Assembly: GCA_965198975.1 (NCBI GenBank)
Contig: OZ240679.1
Coordinates: 1,052,713-1,116,712 of the forward strand
Origin: an uncultured Pseudoalteromonas sp.
GTDB lineage: Bacteria > Pseudomonadota > Gammaproteobacteria > Enterobacterales > Alteromonadaceae
Reading direction: 5' to 3'
DNA: 64,000 nucleotides
The notes beneath the pieces are model-generated. The model did no database searches. It saw nothing but the letters and a program-made list of their open reading frames with translations, and was not told where the DNA came from. Each line of letters begins with the position of its first letter. Position 1 is the stretch's first letter. Below are positions 18,801 through 25,528 of the stretch, piece by piece. The position numbers were made by a program, and so were the translations under genes.

Positions 18801-20432
18801 GAGACAACACAAATTACCTTAACTTTACCAACAGTAACTGGTAATGATGAAGTTGTGAGTAAAATGACGGTTTCTAAACAAGGCTCTGATGCTATGGTTT
18901 CGAACAGTTTAATTGTTGTTATCGCTGAAACTTTAATTGATCAAAATGGTGATTTATTAACACCGTCGAGCACAGTTTCCAGTGCTTTTGGAGATCTTAA
19001 TAATGATGGCTTAGCTGATTTAGTTATCGTTAATCGTAATGCTGAAACGAATAAAGTACTCTTCAATATTGGTGCTGGTTTGTTTGAAGAAAATCAAACC
19101 TTTGGTGCAGGTAGTGATAGCAGGGCTGTTAAATTAGCTGACTTTAATAACGATGGCTTCCTGGATATTGTTGTGGCAAATACAGGACAGACCGCAAGTG
19201 GTTATTATATTAATGATGGCGCTGGTAGTTTTGGGACTATTATTGAATTGGGTCAAATGAGAAGTACGTCTGTTGCTGTTGGTGATTTTAACGCTGATGA
19301 TTTAATCGATATTGTATTTGGTAATGGCAAAGACGTTGGGAACAAAGTCTTTATCCAACCATTCAATGTTTCTATTGCACAAGAAATAAATAGTTCGGTA
19401 GATTCAGATGTTGTAGAACAAACTGCAAATACCACTGCAGTTATTTCAGGTGATTTTAATGGCGATGGTAATATTGATATCGTATTTGGTTATGATACCT
19501 CGGCATTAGAAATTATGTATAACGATGGAGCGGGTATTTTTAATAGTGAATTTGTTGATGGTGTACAGGAAGTTAATGTATTAAAAGCTGCAGATATTAA
19601 TGAAGATGGCATTGATGATATATTTATCAGCCACGCTATGGGGAATGGTGTTATTTATGGTGGCACTGAGCTTAGTGACATAATATCGATTTCAGTTAAT
19701 CCGGCAGAAGATCTTGAGGTTGGCGATGTTAATTCAGATGGAAAATTGGATATTCTAATCTTAAATAACCCAGGTGGTATTAGCTTATTTAACTTAACTG
19801 ATGATAATCAATTCATCAGATCGAGTGCGGTTATCAGCACTTTACAAAGTAATGGCATAGAAATTGCCGATATCGATGGTGATGATGATCTGGATATTAT
19901 AATTACCAGTGAAAATTCAACTGTTTCTGATGAAATCAGGTTTAATCAGGGTGGTGGTATGTTTGGTGAGCAAACAGTTGACTTATCTGTTTCATTGTCG
20001 ACAATTGCAACTGCGGTATTTGAGGATACCTATCAAGTTACATTAACGGTTGTAAATGATGGTTTTGCGAATGCAAGCAATCCGATTATAAACTATGAAA
20101 TCACCAGCGGTATTGTTACTTCAATTGGTGAAACAAGTTTGAATTGTGAACTGGTTTCTTCAACTAGTATCACATGTAATACTGCTGTTTTAGCACCAGG
20201 AGAATCAGCAAGTGTGGCACTCTCTGCGAGTGCAAGTATTGTGGCTACCGCAAATCATACAGTAAGCGTTATAAGTGAAAGTACAGACGATAATAGCGCT
20301 AATGATTCAGATTCAAGTAACGTTATTGTTACCGAACCTGCAAAACAAAAGAGTGGCAGTGGTTCAATTCATTACTTTGTTTTTTTAATGTTAACTTGCT
20401 TATTGATGTTGAGAAGGAAATCATTAGGTTAA
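9867..20432 (+). CDS. Giant (~3,520 aa) multi-repeat surface adhesin. Domains: DUF11-like Cys-pair repeats, Ig-like repeats, cadherin-like/VCBS domains, a seven-repeat FG-GAP region and a GlyGly-CTERM-like tail
   Basis: Single uninterrupted ORF. Signal peptide ...MLFFIGALFSLGVQA/AP. Domain motifs are listed in the findings. The C-terminus SGSGSIHYFVFLMLTCLLMLRRKSLG is Gly/Ser motif + TM helix + basic cluster. Start is ambiguous (9816, 9846, 9867, 9873); 9867 is an ATG preceded by AAAGAG. Confidence 0.9.
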   Translation: MNMETSKTFKVFNQNRWKKPTFRWMLFFIGALFSLGVQAAPTFSTAFSPTTIGPGNVSTLTYTIDNTAESVGASSLSFTNNLPAGIVLATPVNSSTTCLDGNFTAADGGTSVVFTDYRLGAGQSCTLSVDVIGNTVGANTNPAITLSSSSGNDDSTAHDLTVDSGKVGVTLTVDKTSVSVGENVRLTLTFDNSLNGAGVATLDANFTLPSGLEVSDFANVVTDCGSVALGRDITSTQGSTSLSYDIDGSAFGGNHALAAGATCTAALNLKPTTAGVKNIISGDVLGDFTSAGGANTTVTSSLPFLNMSVDAAVAAGATGKLNFTINNFDRSFSATAMSFTLDLDTPLSGLTWNNSTLSGQCGSGILIGSGTGSLSFSGGSLAAEGSCAFSVDLIVPAGVTAGAKTLTASPISVTQNGTTADKNTATADLIITGAPSVALTFVDDTVVAGETATLRVTITDTASENVTDSELLLTLNPPLPFPTTVTLPPTPDPPCGVGSSLTKVFINTDIEGLNLTGGNFLADNSCTFDVDILIPTDVASGDLTFTLTSASSTVSATTVHSPLVSTILGVSGSPTATVEFSEGLKPGSTGTATFTINQDEFNTASNIGFTYNLDTLLSGLTFTITDSNDVCGSGSVFSGTSTITLTGGNLSASETCVFTAQVNVPGGAASGSYSQDLTLNSEINTVATSSTASVVLPVVITDFSMVFAEATGFPLVPGGKTELTFTIDNTASAVDQSITFFTLSLSTFVSGVTSPDTGTTVDTCGGTLSGTTFLTYVGGNVTAGTSCVISVVLDIAPSVDFGNYQFLTSSLSLGGGTSDPAVSALSIVNPLSVTKAFQSDVAYGNGSIDLVYTFDNTSSSSISALSFTDDLDSLLSGMALTGTNSDTCSLAPTGTGTLSVTSGTVPASGSCTLNVTFSIPNTISGQVPITSSSSAFTATVSGIALDHVAASDDFVAAASAQEIVITFDSPSADATFIGNGPITIGVNFANTTGVLLTDSKVSLVGSASADISVSDGTTTTPVVTLNNFTGSGTVAISIDADAANNDAGSSSASISNSAAINIATEPGFSKSFSSDPIFSDEASTLTFTINNTANAFALSDLDFTDNLPSGLTVASPSNASTTCTGGTLTSTSGVSVVSYTGGGLAASSTCTVTVDITSDIAGDYTNTTGDLTSKIDTSASVGNSGTATDTIRVNPQPLFSASFAADPIFEGETSTLTFTVDNSGSTVSVSALDFTDTLPTGLLVGTTPNASTTCTGGTLTATANTSSVNYTGGSVSAGATCTISVDVLGNTEGDYTNSTGSLTSSAGNSDSASDTIRVNAAPLFSKSFVTDPIFVGNATSLTFTIDNSSSTVDANSLAFTDALPAGLEVASPANASTTCSGGTLTAVANAGTVSYSGGSVSTGSSCTLSVDITSSTFGDYVNTTGDLTSSAGNSGTASDTLRVNPVPTFDMSFSQDPIFSGQTSTLTFTVDNTNSTVDVSALDFTNNIPAGLLLATTPNATTSCTGGTLTAAGSTSVVNYTGGTVSAASSCIVSVDITGVAGGSHTNTTGNLTSIAGNSGTATDTIVVNDAPIFSKDFAQDPIFINDVSTLTFTIDNSAGTVDVSTLDFTDNLPVGLEVATTANASTTCTGGTITATANSTSISYSGGSVNSGSTCTVQVDILGTTEGDYTNTSGDLTSSAGNSGSATDTISVWLPLSLTSNVTSPVIGFGNNTRLTFEIMNPRIADVTGLSQTTTLPLGLELASTSIIENTCGIDSTLTAVSGSQVITFSDALISANQTCSYTVLVTSNTIGNYAFNSGVLTSSDGDNVSDGFALTVNTTPTNPTVQITSTVTRTNDTFEAAINFSSAVSGFDINDITVVNGSLANLVTNDNVMFTVDVTPVNEGNTTIDVLANMSLDAELNPNLASNTLAIEIDLTAPVVVITSSDTGLINGQFVTYFTFNEDVSSFSVDDLVVQNATVINFFSHNAREYSATVIPGVDGAINISLPAGVSFDYAGNGNDVSNTFSIEFDGTKPTVVVTSDINVAGASFVASITFDEIVTGFSIEDIVSNNAMLSNLTETSSSVLKSKDILVNNAGSSYTVVVTPITDGLVTLDIAADVAEDAASNGNTAASQFSVNYDATNPTVNITGASGVISTAFTATITFSEDVTGFVQGDITVSNATLSGFSATNAQVYTALVTPSDDGQVTLNVASNVAADPANNGNMPASQFSVNYDATNPTVNITGASGTVNAAFTATITFSEDVTGFVQGDITVSNATLSGFSATSAQVYTALVTPSGDGQVTLDVANNVAEDAANNGNMAAAQFSVNFDGVNPLVVISSTSGAVNAAFTATITFTEDVTGFVITDVIAVNASLSNFNTIDAKTYTVLVTPQAQGNVTLDVPASVALDSSNNGNLAAVQHTVVFDNTSPQLMISGPSDPVSAEFTATLTFNENVTGLTLSDITVTNGVVSNLNSQSGNLYTVTVTPTANGAVTLFVAANLVADSAGNGNSASNTLSVTFDNLILSLVSSTPENGADNIATSVMASFTFNKSIQAVAGNNKLISLFKQGETTPVQSFVALSSDVQVIGATVSLSSSLSLEAGATYTLTITSGSFIDNLANGNDEINITFEVGNTAPVANDDSATVNEGASIEIDILANDTDADNAIDPASVNVVTTPENGTVTIDNVSGKVTYSPNTDFAGADSFMYTVQDITGVVSNAALVTITVTNLNDGPVAVDDLAETDEDTAVIINVLANDTDPDGASDIDASSIVITTNVVNGSTVISNGQVTYTPNENYFGSDSFSYTVNDISGLTSNVANVSISVISVNDAPEFTSTALITANPAEAYSYQFVVTDVDGDTVSVSTSQLPTWLTFDGVDTISGTPLVDDIGKVFNVILNATDEIITQPVIQEFDITINEPGEALLELSQVSSANPVLVGSDIEVTYSIKNTGPEVALLDSLVIELSGTTGLTNLPQNCAVEVINNQDIVTCTLPNELGLDETTQITLTLPTVTGNDEVVSKMTVSKQGSDAMVSNSLIVVIAETLIDQNGDLLTPSSTVSSAFGDLNNDGLADLVIVNRNAETNKVLFNIGAGLFEENQTFGAGSDSRAVKLADFNNDGFLDIVVANTGQTASGYYINDGAGSFGTIIELGQMRSTSVAVGDFNADDLIDIVFGNGKDVGNKVFIQPFNVSIAQEINSSVDSDVVEQTANTTAVISGDFNGDGNIDIVFGYDTSALEIMYNDGAGIFNSEFVDGVQEVNVLKAADINEDGIDDIFISHAMGNGVIYGGTELSDIISISVNPAEDLEVGDVNSDGKLDILILNNPGGISLFNLTDDNQFIRSSAVISTLQSNGIEIADIDGDDDLDIIITSENSTVSDEIRFNQGGGMFGEQTVDLSVSLSTIATAVFEDTYQVTLTVVNDGFANASNPIINYEITSGIVTSIGETSLNCELVSSTSITCNTAVLAPGESASVALSASASIVATANHTVSVISESTDDNSANDSDSSNVIVTEPAKQKSGSGSIHYFVFLMLTCLLMLRRKSLG
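13068..14960 (+). repeat. Five tandem in-frame ~375-393-bp (125-131 aa) repeats inside the adhesin gene
   Basis: Units start at 13068, 13461, 13836, 14211 and 14586. Each begins F(S/D)xSFxxDPIF and contains LTFT(I/V)(D/N)N, FT(D/N)xLP(x)GL, N-A-(S/T)-T-x-C-(T/S)-GGT, (S/T)C(T/I)(V/L/I)(S/T/Q)VD(I/V) and (T/V)N(T/S)(T/S)G(x)LTS. Confidence 0.9.
15339..17372 (+). repeat. Seven tandem Ig-like ~95-aa (285-330 bp) repeats inside the adhesin gene; copies 4 and 5 are nearly identical
   Basis: Units begin P(T/V/L/Q)(V/L)x(I/V)(T/S) and contain F(T/x)ATITF(S/T)EDVTGF and Y(T/S)xxVTP. 16284..16408 and 16569..16693 (offset 285 bp) differ at one position over ~125 bp. Confidence 0.9.
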
Positions 20433-20459
20433 TGTAAATTATTTATAAGTTGTAGATTT

Positions 20460-20492
20460 AAGGCACTGAGTAATATCAGTGCCTTTTTGTTT
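20460..20492 (+). terminator. Rho-independent terminator of the adhesin gene
   Basis: AAGGCACTG (20460..20468), 8-nt loop, CAGTGCCTT (20477..20485), then TTTGTTTG. Confidence 0.75.
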
Positions 20493-20545
20493 GATATTTA
20501 GTATTTATCACTTTATTATTTCGTTTTCAGCTAAATAAAATTGTT

Positions 20546-21688
20546 ATGCATAAAGTTTTACATATAGGAAAGTACTATTCTCCATTTCATGGCGGGATAG
20601 AAAATTACACTAAAGATTTAGTTGAAAGTAAAGCATATCAAGATAACGTAGTTCCAACTTTGCTAGTACATCAGCATATTAATAGCATGCCAACTATTTC
20701 CGAAAAAGTTGATTCTGTAGAGGTTATCAGAGTTAAAAAATGGTTTACCTTATTATACTCGCCGATTTCACCATCCTTTATAACACAACTAAATCACGCA
20801 ATAGATAAACACAAACCCGATTTATTACATATTCATATGCCAAATTTGTCAGCATTTGCCTGTATTCTCAGTGTCAAAGCGAAAAAAATACCTTGGGTGA
20901 TACATTGGCATTCTGATGTAATAGGTGCAGTACCAGACTGGCGTATTAAGTTTGCATATAAAGGCTATAAAATTTTAGAGAATTTATTACTTAAAAAAAG
21001 CAAAGCTGTGATTGCCACAACACCTCATTATTTAAGTGCCAGTAAACCATTGTCTGAGTTTATAAATAAATCTTATGTTGTGCCATTAGGTGTTAAAAAT
21101 GATGTACCTAATTTTCCTGAAAAGTGTAATGAAATAACAAATAAATTGTCATTATTAATTATTGGCAGGCTAACCTATTACAAAGGGCATAAATATTTAT
21201 TGGAAGCTGTTGCGCAATGTCAGAATGTTGAGCTGATAATCATAGGAGTTGGCGAGCTTGAGTCAGATTTAAAACAACAAGTTAAGAAATTAAATATAAA
21301 TAATAGGGTTAAATTCTTAGGGAATGTGGATAAGAAACTCTTAAATGACAGTATCTCGAAATGTGATTTATTATGTTTGCCGTCTATAGAGAAAACCGAA
21401 GCGTTTGGTTTGGTTTTGCTTGAAGCGGCACGTTTGTCTACGCCTGCCTTAGTGACAAATGTATACGGTAGTGGCATGTCCTGGGTTGTTCAGGATAAAA
21501 CAACGGGTTTGGTTGTAGAGCCAAGCTCTGTCGGCAGTTTGATCACAGCAATTGACTATGCTAATAAGAATAGATCTCAACTGATTGATTATGGTCATTC
21601 GGCACACAAAAGGTTTGAAGCAGAGTTTAATATTGAACGAGTAGCCAAAAAGACCTTGGATGTGTACAATCAACTACTTAATTTATAA
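20546..21688 (+). CDS. Glycosyltransferase family 4 (GT-B, Glycos_transf_1 type)
   Basis: N-terminal HIGKYYSPFHGGIENY. C-terminal E-x7-E region EAFGLVLLEAARLSTPALVTN...GLVVEP. Confidence 0.8.
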   Translation: MHKVLHIGKYYSPFHGGIENYTKDLVESKAYQDNVVPTLLVHQHINSMPTISEKVDSVEVIRVKKWFTLLYSPISPSFITQLNHAIDKHKPDLLHIHMPNLSAFACILSVKAKKIPWVIHWHSDVIGAVPDWRIKFAYKGYKILENLLLKKSKAVIATTPHYLSASKPLSEFINKSYVVPLGVKNDVPNFPEKCNEITNKLSLLIIGRLTYYKGHKYLLEAVAQCQNVELIIIGVGELESDLKQQVKKLNINNRVKFLGNVDKKLLNDSISKCDLLCLPSIEKTEAFGLVLLEAARLSTPALVTNVYGSGMSWVVQDKTTGLVVEPSSVGSLITAIDYANKNRSQLIDYGHSAHKRFEAEFNIERVAKKTLDVYNQLLNL

Positions 21689-21700
21689 AAATAACTTCGT

Positions 21701-22411
21701 ATGGACTCTTTGCTCGTAATTATTCCCGCACATAATGAATCTGATACTATTTCAGCAGTTATTGATGATTTAATATCACATGGTTTCAATGATTTACTTG
21801 TTATTGATGATGCAAGTTCAGATAATACCAAACATTTAGCTGAAAAAGCTGGCGCTAAGGTAATGAGTTTACCTTACAATATGGGGGCGTGGAAGGCTAC
21901 ACAATCAGGGATTCGCTATGCGTATGAAAATCAATATGAACATGTAGTAACTTTTGATGCTGACGGTCAGCACTTAGCTGGATCCTTATCAACTTTAATT
22001 GAAAAATACCACCAAACGCGTTCCGATATAGTCATAGGATCATGTCCCTCCAGAGGAACTATTGCCCGGCATGTTGCATGGAAGATTTTTCGTAAATTAT
22101 CCGGGGTGGGGATCCAGGATCTTACTTCAGGTCTCAGACTTTATAATTCTTCAGCTATGTCTGTGCTCAGTGAAAAAGAGGCAACTTTGCTTGAGTATCA
22201 AGATGTAGGTGTATTGTTAATGCTAAAAACATTTAATTTAGTGAAAGTTGAAGTTGATGTGTTAATGAAAGAAAGGGTTTTTGGTATATCCAGGATCTTT
22301 TATTCTTGGGCTGCGGTAGCTTATTATATGACCTATACAACTATGTTATGTATTAGTAAGCTATCAAAAAATAATAGCGTTAAATATCAGAAAATAATAA
22401 ATAGAGATTAA
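21701..22411 (+). CDS. Glycosyltransferase family 2 (GT-A) with a C-terminal hydrophobic segment
   Basis: VIIPAHNE, VIDDASSDNT and FDADGQH (DxD) motifs. C-terminal FYSWAAVAYYMTYTTMLCI segment. Confidence 0.8.
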   Translation: MDSLLVIIPAHNESDTISAVIDDLISHGFNDLLVIDDASSDNTKHLAEKAGAKVMSLPYNMGAWKATQSGIRYAYENQYEHVVTFDADGQHLAGSLSTLIEKYHQTRSDIVIGSCPSRGTIARHVAWKIFRKLSGVGIQDLTSGLRLYNSSAMSVLSEKEATLLEYQDVGVLLMLKTFNLVKVEVDVLMKERVFGISRIFYSWAAVAYYMTYTTMLCISKLSKNNSVKYQKIINRD

Positions 22412-22413
22412 TT

Positions 22414-22758
22414 GTGCAACATTATCAAATTTTTACTGCCTTTATAGCTGTTGTTTTTTTTATAATTGTTTTTACTTTAATTAGAAGAGACTCCATTTTG
22501 ATGGGCGCTGCTTTTCGATGGTTTGCCATTGCAATAGGAACATTAATATTAGGTATTTACCCGCAATTATCTGATTTAGCTGCGGGTTTCCTTGGTGTTT
22601 CTTATCCGCCGATTTTGCCTGTTACAATTGCTTGTTTATTGCTAATGGTTAAAGTTTTACTTGGTGATATTGAAAGAGCTAAAACCCAGGTTAAATTAGA
22701 TAGATTAGCCCAGCGTCTGGCGATGATAGAACTAGATATAAAACAAAAACGTAAATAA
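22414..22758 (+). CDS. DUF2304-family small membrane protein
   Basis: 114 aa with 3-4 hydrophobic helices and a C-terminal amphipathic/coiled tail. GTG start 2 nt after the GT2 stop. The GT2+DUF2304 pairing is a recurrent arrangement. Confidence 0.6.
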   Translation: MQHYQIFTAFIAVVFFIIVFTLIRRDSILMGAAFRWFAIAIGTLILGIYPQLSDLAAGFLGVSYPPILPVTIACLLLMVKVLLGDIERAKTQVKLDRLAQRLAMIELDIKQKRK

Positions 22759-22914
22759 TACCAATAGTAGAAATTACATTCACTAAGTGAAAGTTATTCT
22801 TAAATTCTAAGTCATGATTTCGCGATTGCTCCAACTGAACTCTGCACCTTATAGTGGCTTGGGTATATATTGTTCACTCATTTTTAAATTAAATATTTTC
22901 AATTTTCCAATTAT

Positions 22915-24621
22915 CCGACATTCCGCAGCACTTTTAGGAATAAATTTTTTGATAGATGCTGTCCATGCAATCAATAATAGTATTGTTTCTCTCTTCCACA
23001 TTGAGGACTAATTGTTGTTCACTACTTATTGTTAACTCATGAATTCCCTGAAAACAAAAGAATACCCAGCGTGCGGTTGGTGGATTTTGGCATGGTTTGA
23101 ACTTCAAGTCGGGAAAATAGGCCGACTGCGCTTTTAATTCTCTTCTGATTTTATGCTCCAATGCGGCATAAACCATTAAACAACAGGTCATTACCATCAA
23201 GAGTGCTTTAATTCTCTCTGGTTTTTTCAAATAAAGTGATGAAGTTAAAAAGTCTGGGCTCTTTAGAAATCTAAACCCTTTTTCTACACTTTGTTGTGAT
23301 TTATAAAGGCTTAGCATTTTCTCCATGGTTAAACTCTCATCTAAATCATTGGTGGCTAAGACGAACATTTCTTTTTCCTGCAATCGTTGCGCGCGACTTT
23401 CTAGCGACGAATACAGTTGACCTGTTATTTGGTATTCATAGCTATCGGGTTGCTGATTGAGTTTAGGCCGACCACTTTGCTTAAATATGCCATGCTTAAC
23501 GATTTCCTGCTCACTGATAGCAAGTTCATTATGTGATTTTAACCAGACTTCTAATGCCTTATCTGCATCTAATTCACAAGAAAAACGTTGGCGACTCAGT
23601 TTTTTAAACGATTTTAGTGCTTCGTTTGATGCTTTTGCCATGCGCTTATTTAGTGTGTGCTGTTCCCGTTTTTTCGCTTGTTCACTTTCTATTAATAACC
23701 AACGCTGCTTTACGTTAGCATAGTCTGAGCTGAGCCAGGCACCGCGGTAGCCATTATCAAGTAACTCAAATTTTAACGTTTGTTGCGCTGCTATAGCCGC
23801 TTTTACTTGTTTTAATTTTTGTGGTGCACGCGAGATGAAAAGTTGTTTTTGTTCTTCAAGTGATTGCAGTGTTTCTGTGGTGTAAAGCGCTGCATCAGCA
23901 ATAAAGTACTGGCTATCTTGAGCCGCTTTCAAACTGCTAATGTGGTGTTTAATAATGTTTTTAAATCCTTCATTATCATTAATATTACCACTGGCTGCTT
24001 GCATGTATACAGGGATACCCGCCTTGTTTTCCGTGATCAAATTAAGCACTGCTTGATTCAATTCTGGCCGATGATCGAGGCTATATCCTCGTACTAACTT
24101 AATCGCTTGGCTATTTTCATCATGTTCATAATTACCATCAACATGAATACTGGTTGAATCTAAATTAATGTCTTCACATGGTAGTTCTAATTGCTCAACA
24201 ACACTTGCTGAAAGTGTTTGATAGATATCTGATACACCTTTTTCGTAAAGTTTATCCAGGCAACGACCTAAAGCATCGTCATTTATATATTCTGCCTTGA
24301 TCCCTTTGCCTAAAAGGCGCTCAACAGGACGTTCTTTAAAGTATTGTGGTGCGGCCAACAAAACCTAAGCCATTAAGGATCATAGCCTCAACGAGTTGAC
24401 CGTAAGAAATAAGCTTATCGTCAGCCTGCTCAGGAAATGCGTTATCAATGAGTTTGGCAATCCCAAGCTCTTTGTTCATGCCAGCAACTAAACCTAAATG
24501 ATCAATACTTTTTGTTGAATACGACGCCATTACTTTTCCATCACTTAAAGATAAGTAATAGATCAAATATGAAGATCTACGTCAAGTATTTTTTATTAAA
24601 ATTTTAGGTGCGGAAACACAG
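22915..24621 (-). mobile_element. IS1634-family (IS4 superfamily) insertion sequence, ~1.7 kb, with imperfect terminal inverted repeats
   Basis: Left end CCGACATTCCGCAGCAC..; right end ..GGTGCGGAAACACAG (shared TGCGGAA core in inverted orientation). It contains the transposase reading frames below. End positions are accurate to about +/-5 bp. Confidence 0.7.
22934..24566 (-). pseudogene. IS1634-family transposase split by a frameshift at ~24340..24361
   Basis: The N-terminal ORF (24336..24566) ends ...MILNGLGFVGRTTIL*. The second ORF continues in another frame with ..AAPQYFKERPVERLLGKGIKAEYINDDALGRCLDKLY. Together they form one colinear IS1634-type transposase. Confidence 0.75.
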
Positions 24622-25308
24622 TTAAATATCAAAAGAACAAATATTTATCACTTGCTGCATAAACTTAATTTAAGTTGGATCACCACCCGCTCAAAACATC
24701 CAAAACAATCGGTTGAGCACAAGAAGATTTTAAAAAAATTCCAAATAAAAACGATCCTTAAGAGCCCAGGATATATTGCGCTTGATTGCGTTGATATTTG
24801 GTTTCAAGATGAGGCACGGTTTGGACAGCAGAATACGATTACACGAGTTTGGGCTGAGATAGGAACGCGACCACGTGTAGTTCAGCAGCAACAATTTACA
24901 TATGCTTATTTGTTTGGTGCGGTATGTATGTCAAATGGGAAGACGGAAGCAATTATAGCTCCGGTAAGTAATATGGACGTTATGAGTGCTCATTTGAAAT
25001 TAATATCAGATGCAACAGAAGCTGGTCGACATGCGGTAGTGATCATGGACGGTGCAAGCTGGCATCAAGAATATCTTGATGAAACCTTCCCTAACTTAAG
25101 CATCATACACATCCCACCTTATTCATCGGAGTTAAATCCGATAGAACAAGTTTGGTCCTGGTTAAGACAAAATGAAATAGCAAATAGGTCGTTTAAAGAT
25201 TATGAGGACATTGTTGATAAATGTACAACCGCTTGGAATAACTTTAGAAGTGATGTTGATAGAGTAATGTCCTTATGTACAAGGGGTTGGGCAAAAATGG
25301 ACAGTTAA
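24622..25308 (+). pseudogene. IS630-family (Tc1/mariner-like DDE) transposase, 3' two-thirds only; 5' part removed at the IS1634 junction
   Basis: DDE triad context: WFQDEARFGQQ, VVIMDGASWH, PPYSSELNPIEQVW. The frame stays open back to the IS1634 end (..NIKRTNIYHLLHKLNLSW is the second HTH). No matching N-terminal HTH sequence lies left of 22915. Confidence 0.75.
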
Positions 25309-25528
25309 TTATCAGAATTGGTATCATTACATGAAATAGCGATTTTTTTACTACTGTTTAATAGGTTAGCGTAAGTTTTTGCTATGTAAGAGTATAAAGT
25401 GGGTTATCAATTAAACTTCCCACATGACTGCATAACAAATATGTTTCATTGTAATTTACCAGGTTTGATTTAGCTTTTTCTATATAAGTGTCGCCTTACG
25501 CGAAATTAAATCCGCTACTTGAGCAAAA

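Noticed and set aside
10628-19435. About a dozen 60-160-aa ORFs on the minus strand (and 12967..13161 on the plus strand) inside the giant adhesin gene
   Set aside because: All lie fully within the 10.6-kb uninterrupted repeat-rich ORF. Their translations are low-complexity mirror images (V/T/S/A/P-rich) of the sense repeats and they lack start-site signals. They are antisense or off-frame artefacts.
9867-20432. Type I-secreted RTX/BAP-like adhesin
   Set aside because: The protein has an N-terminal Sec signal peptide and a C-terminal TM/basic sorting tail. It has no GGxGxD nonapeptide block or T1SS C-terminal signal, and no ABC/MFP/TolC genes are adjacent.
22814-23011. 65-aa plus-strand ORF crossing the IS1634 left end; also 26761..26991, 41065..41436, 36104..36337, 2545..2787 and similar short ORFs
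   Set aside because: These either span an IS boundary or are antisense/out-of-frame within better-supported genes or promoter regions. They have no RBS and low-complexity translations.
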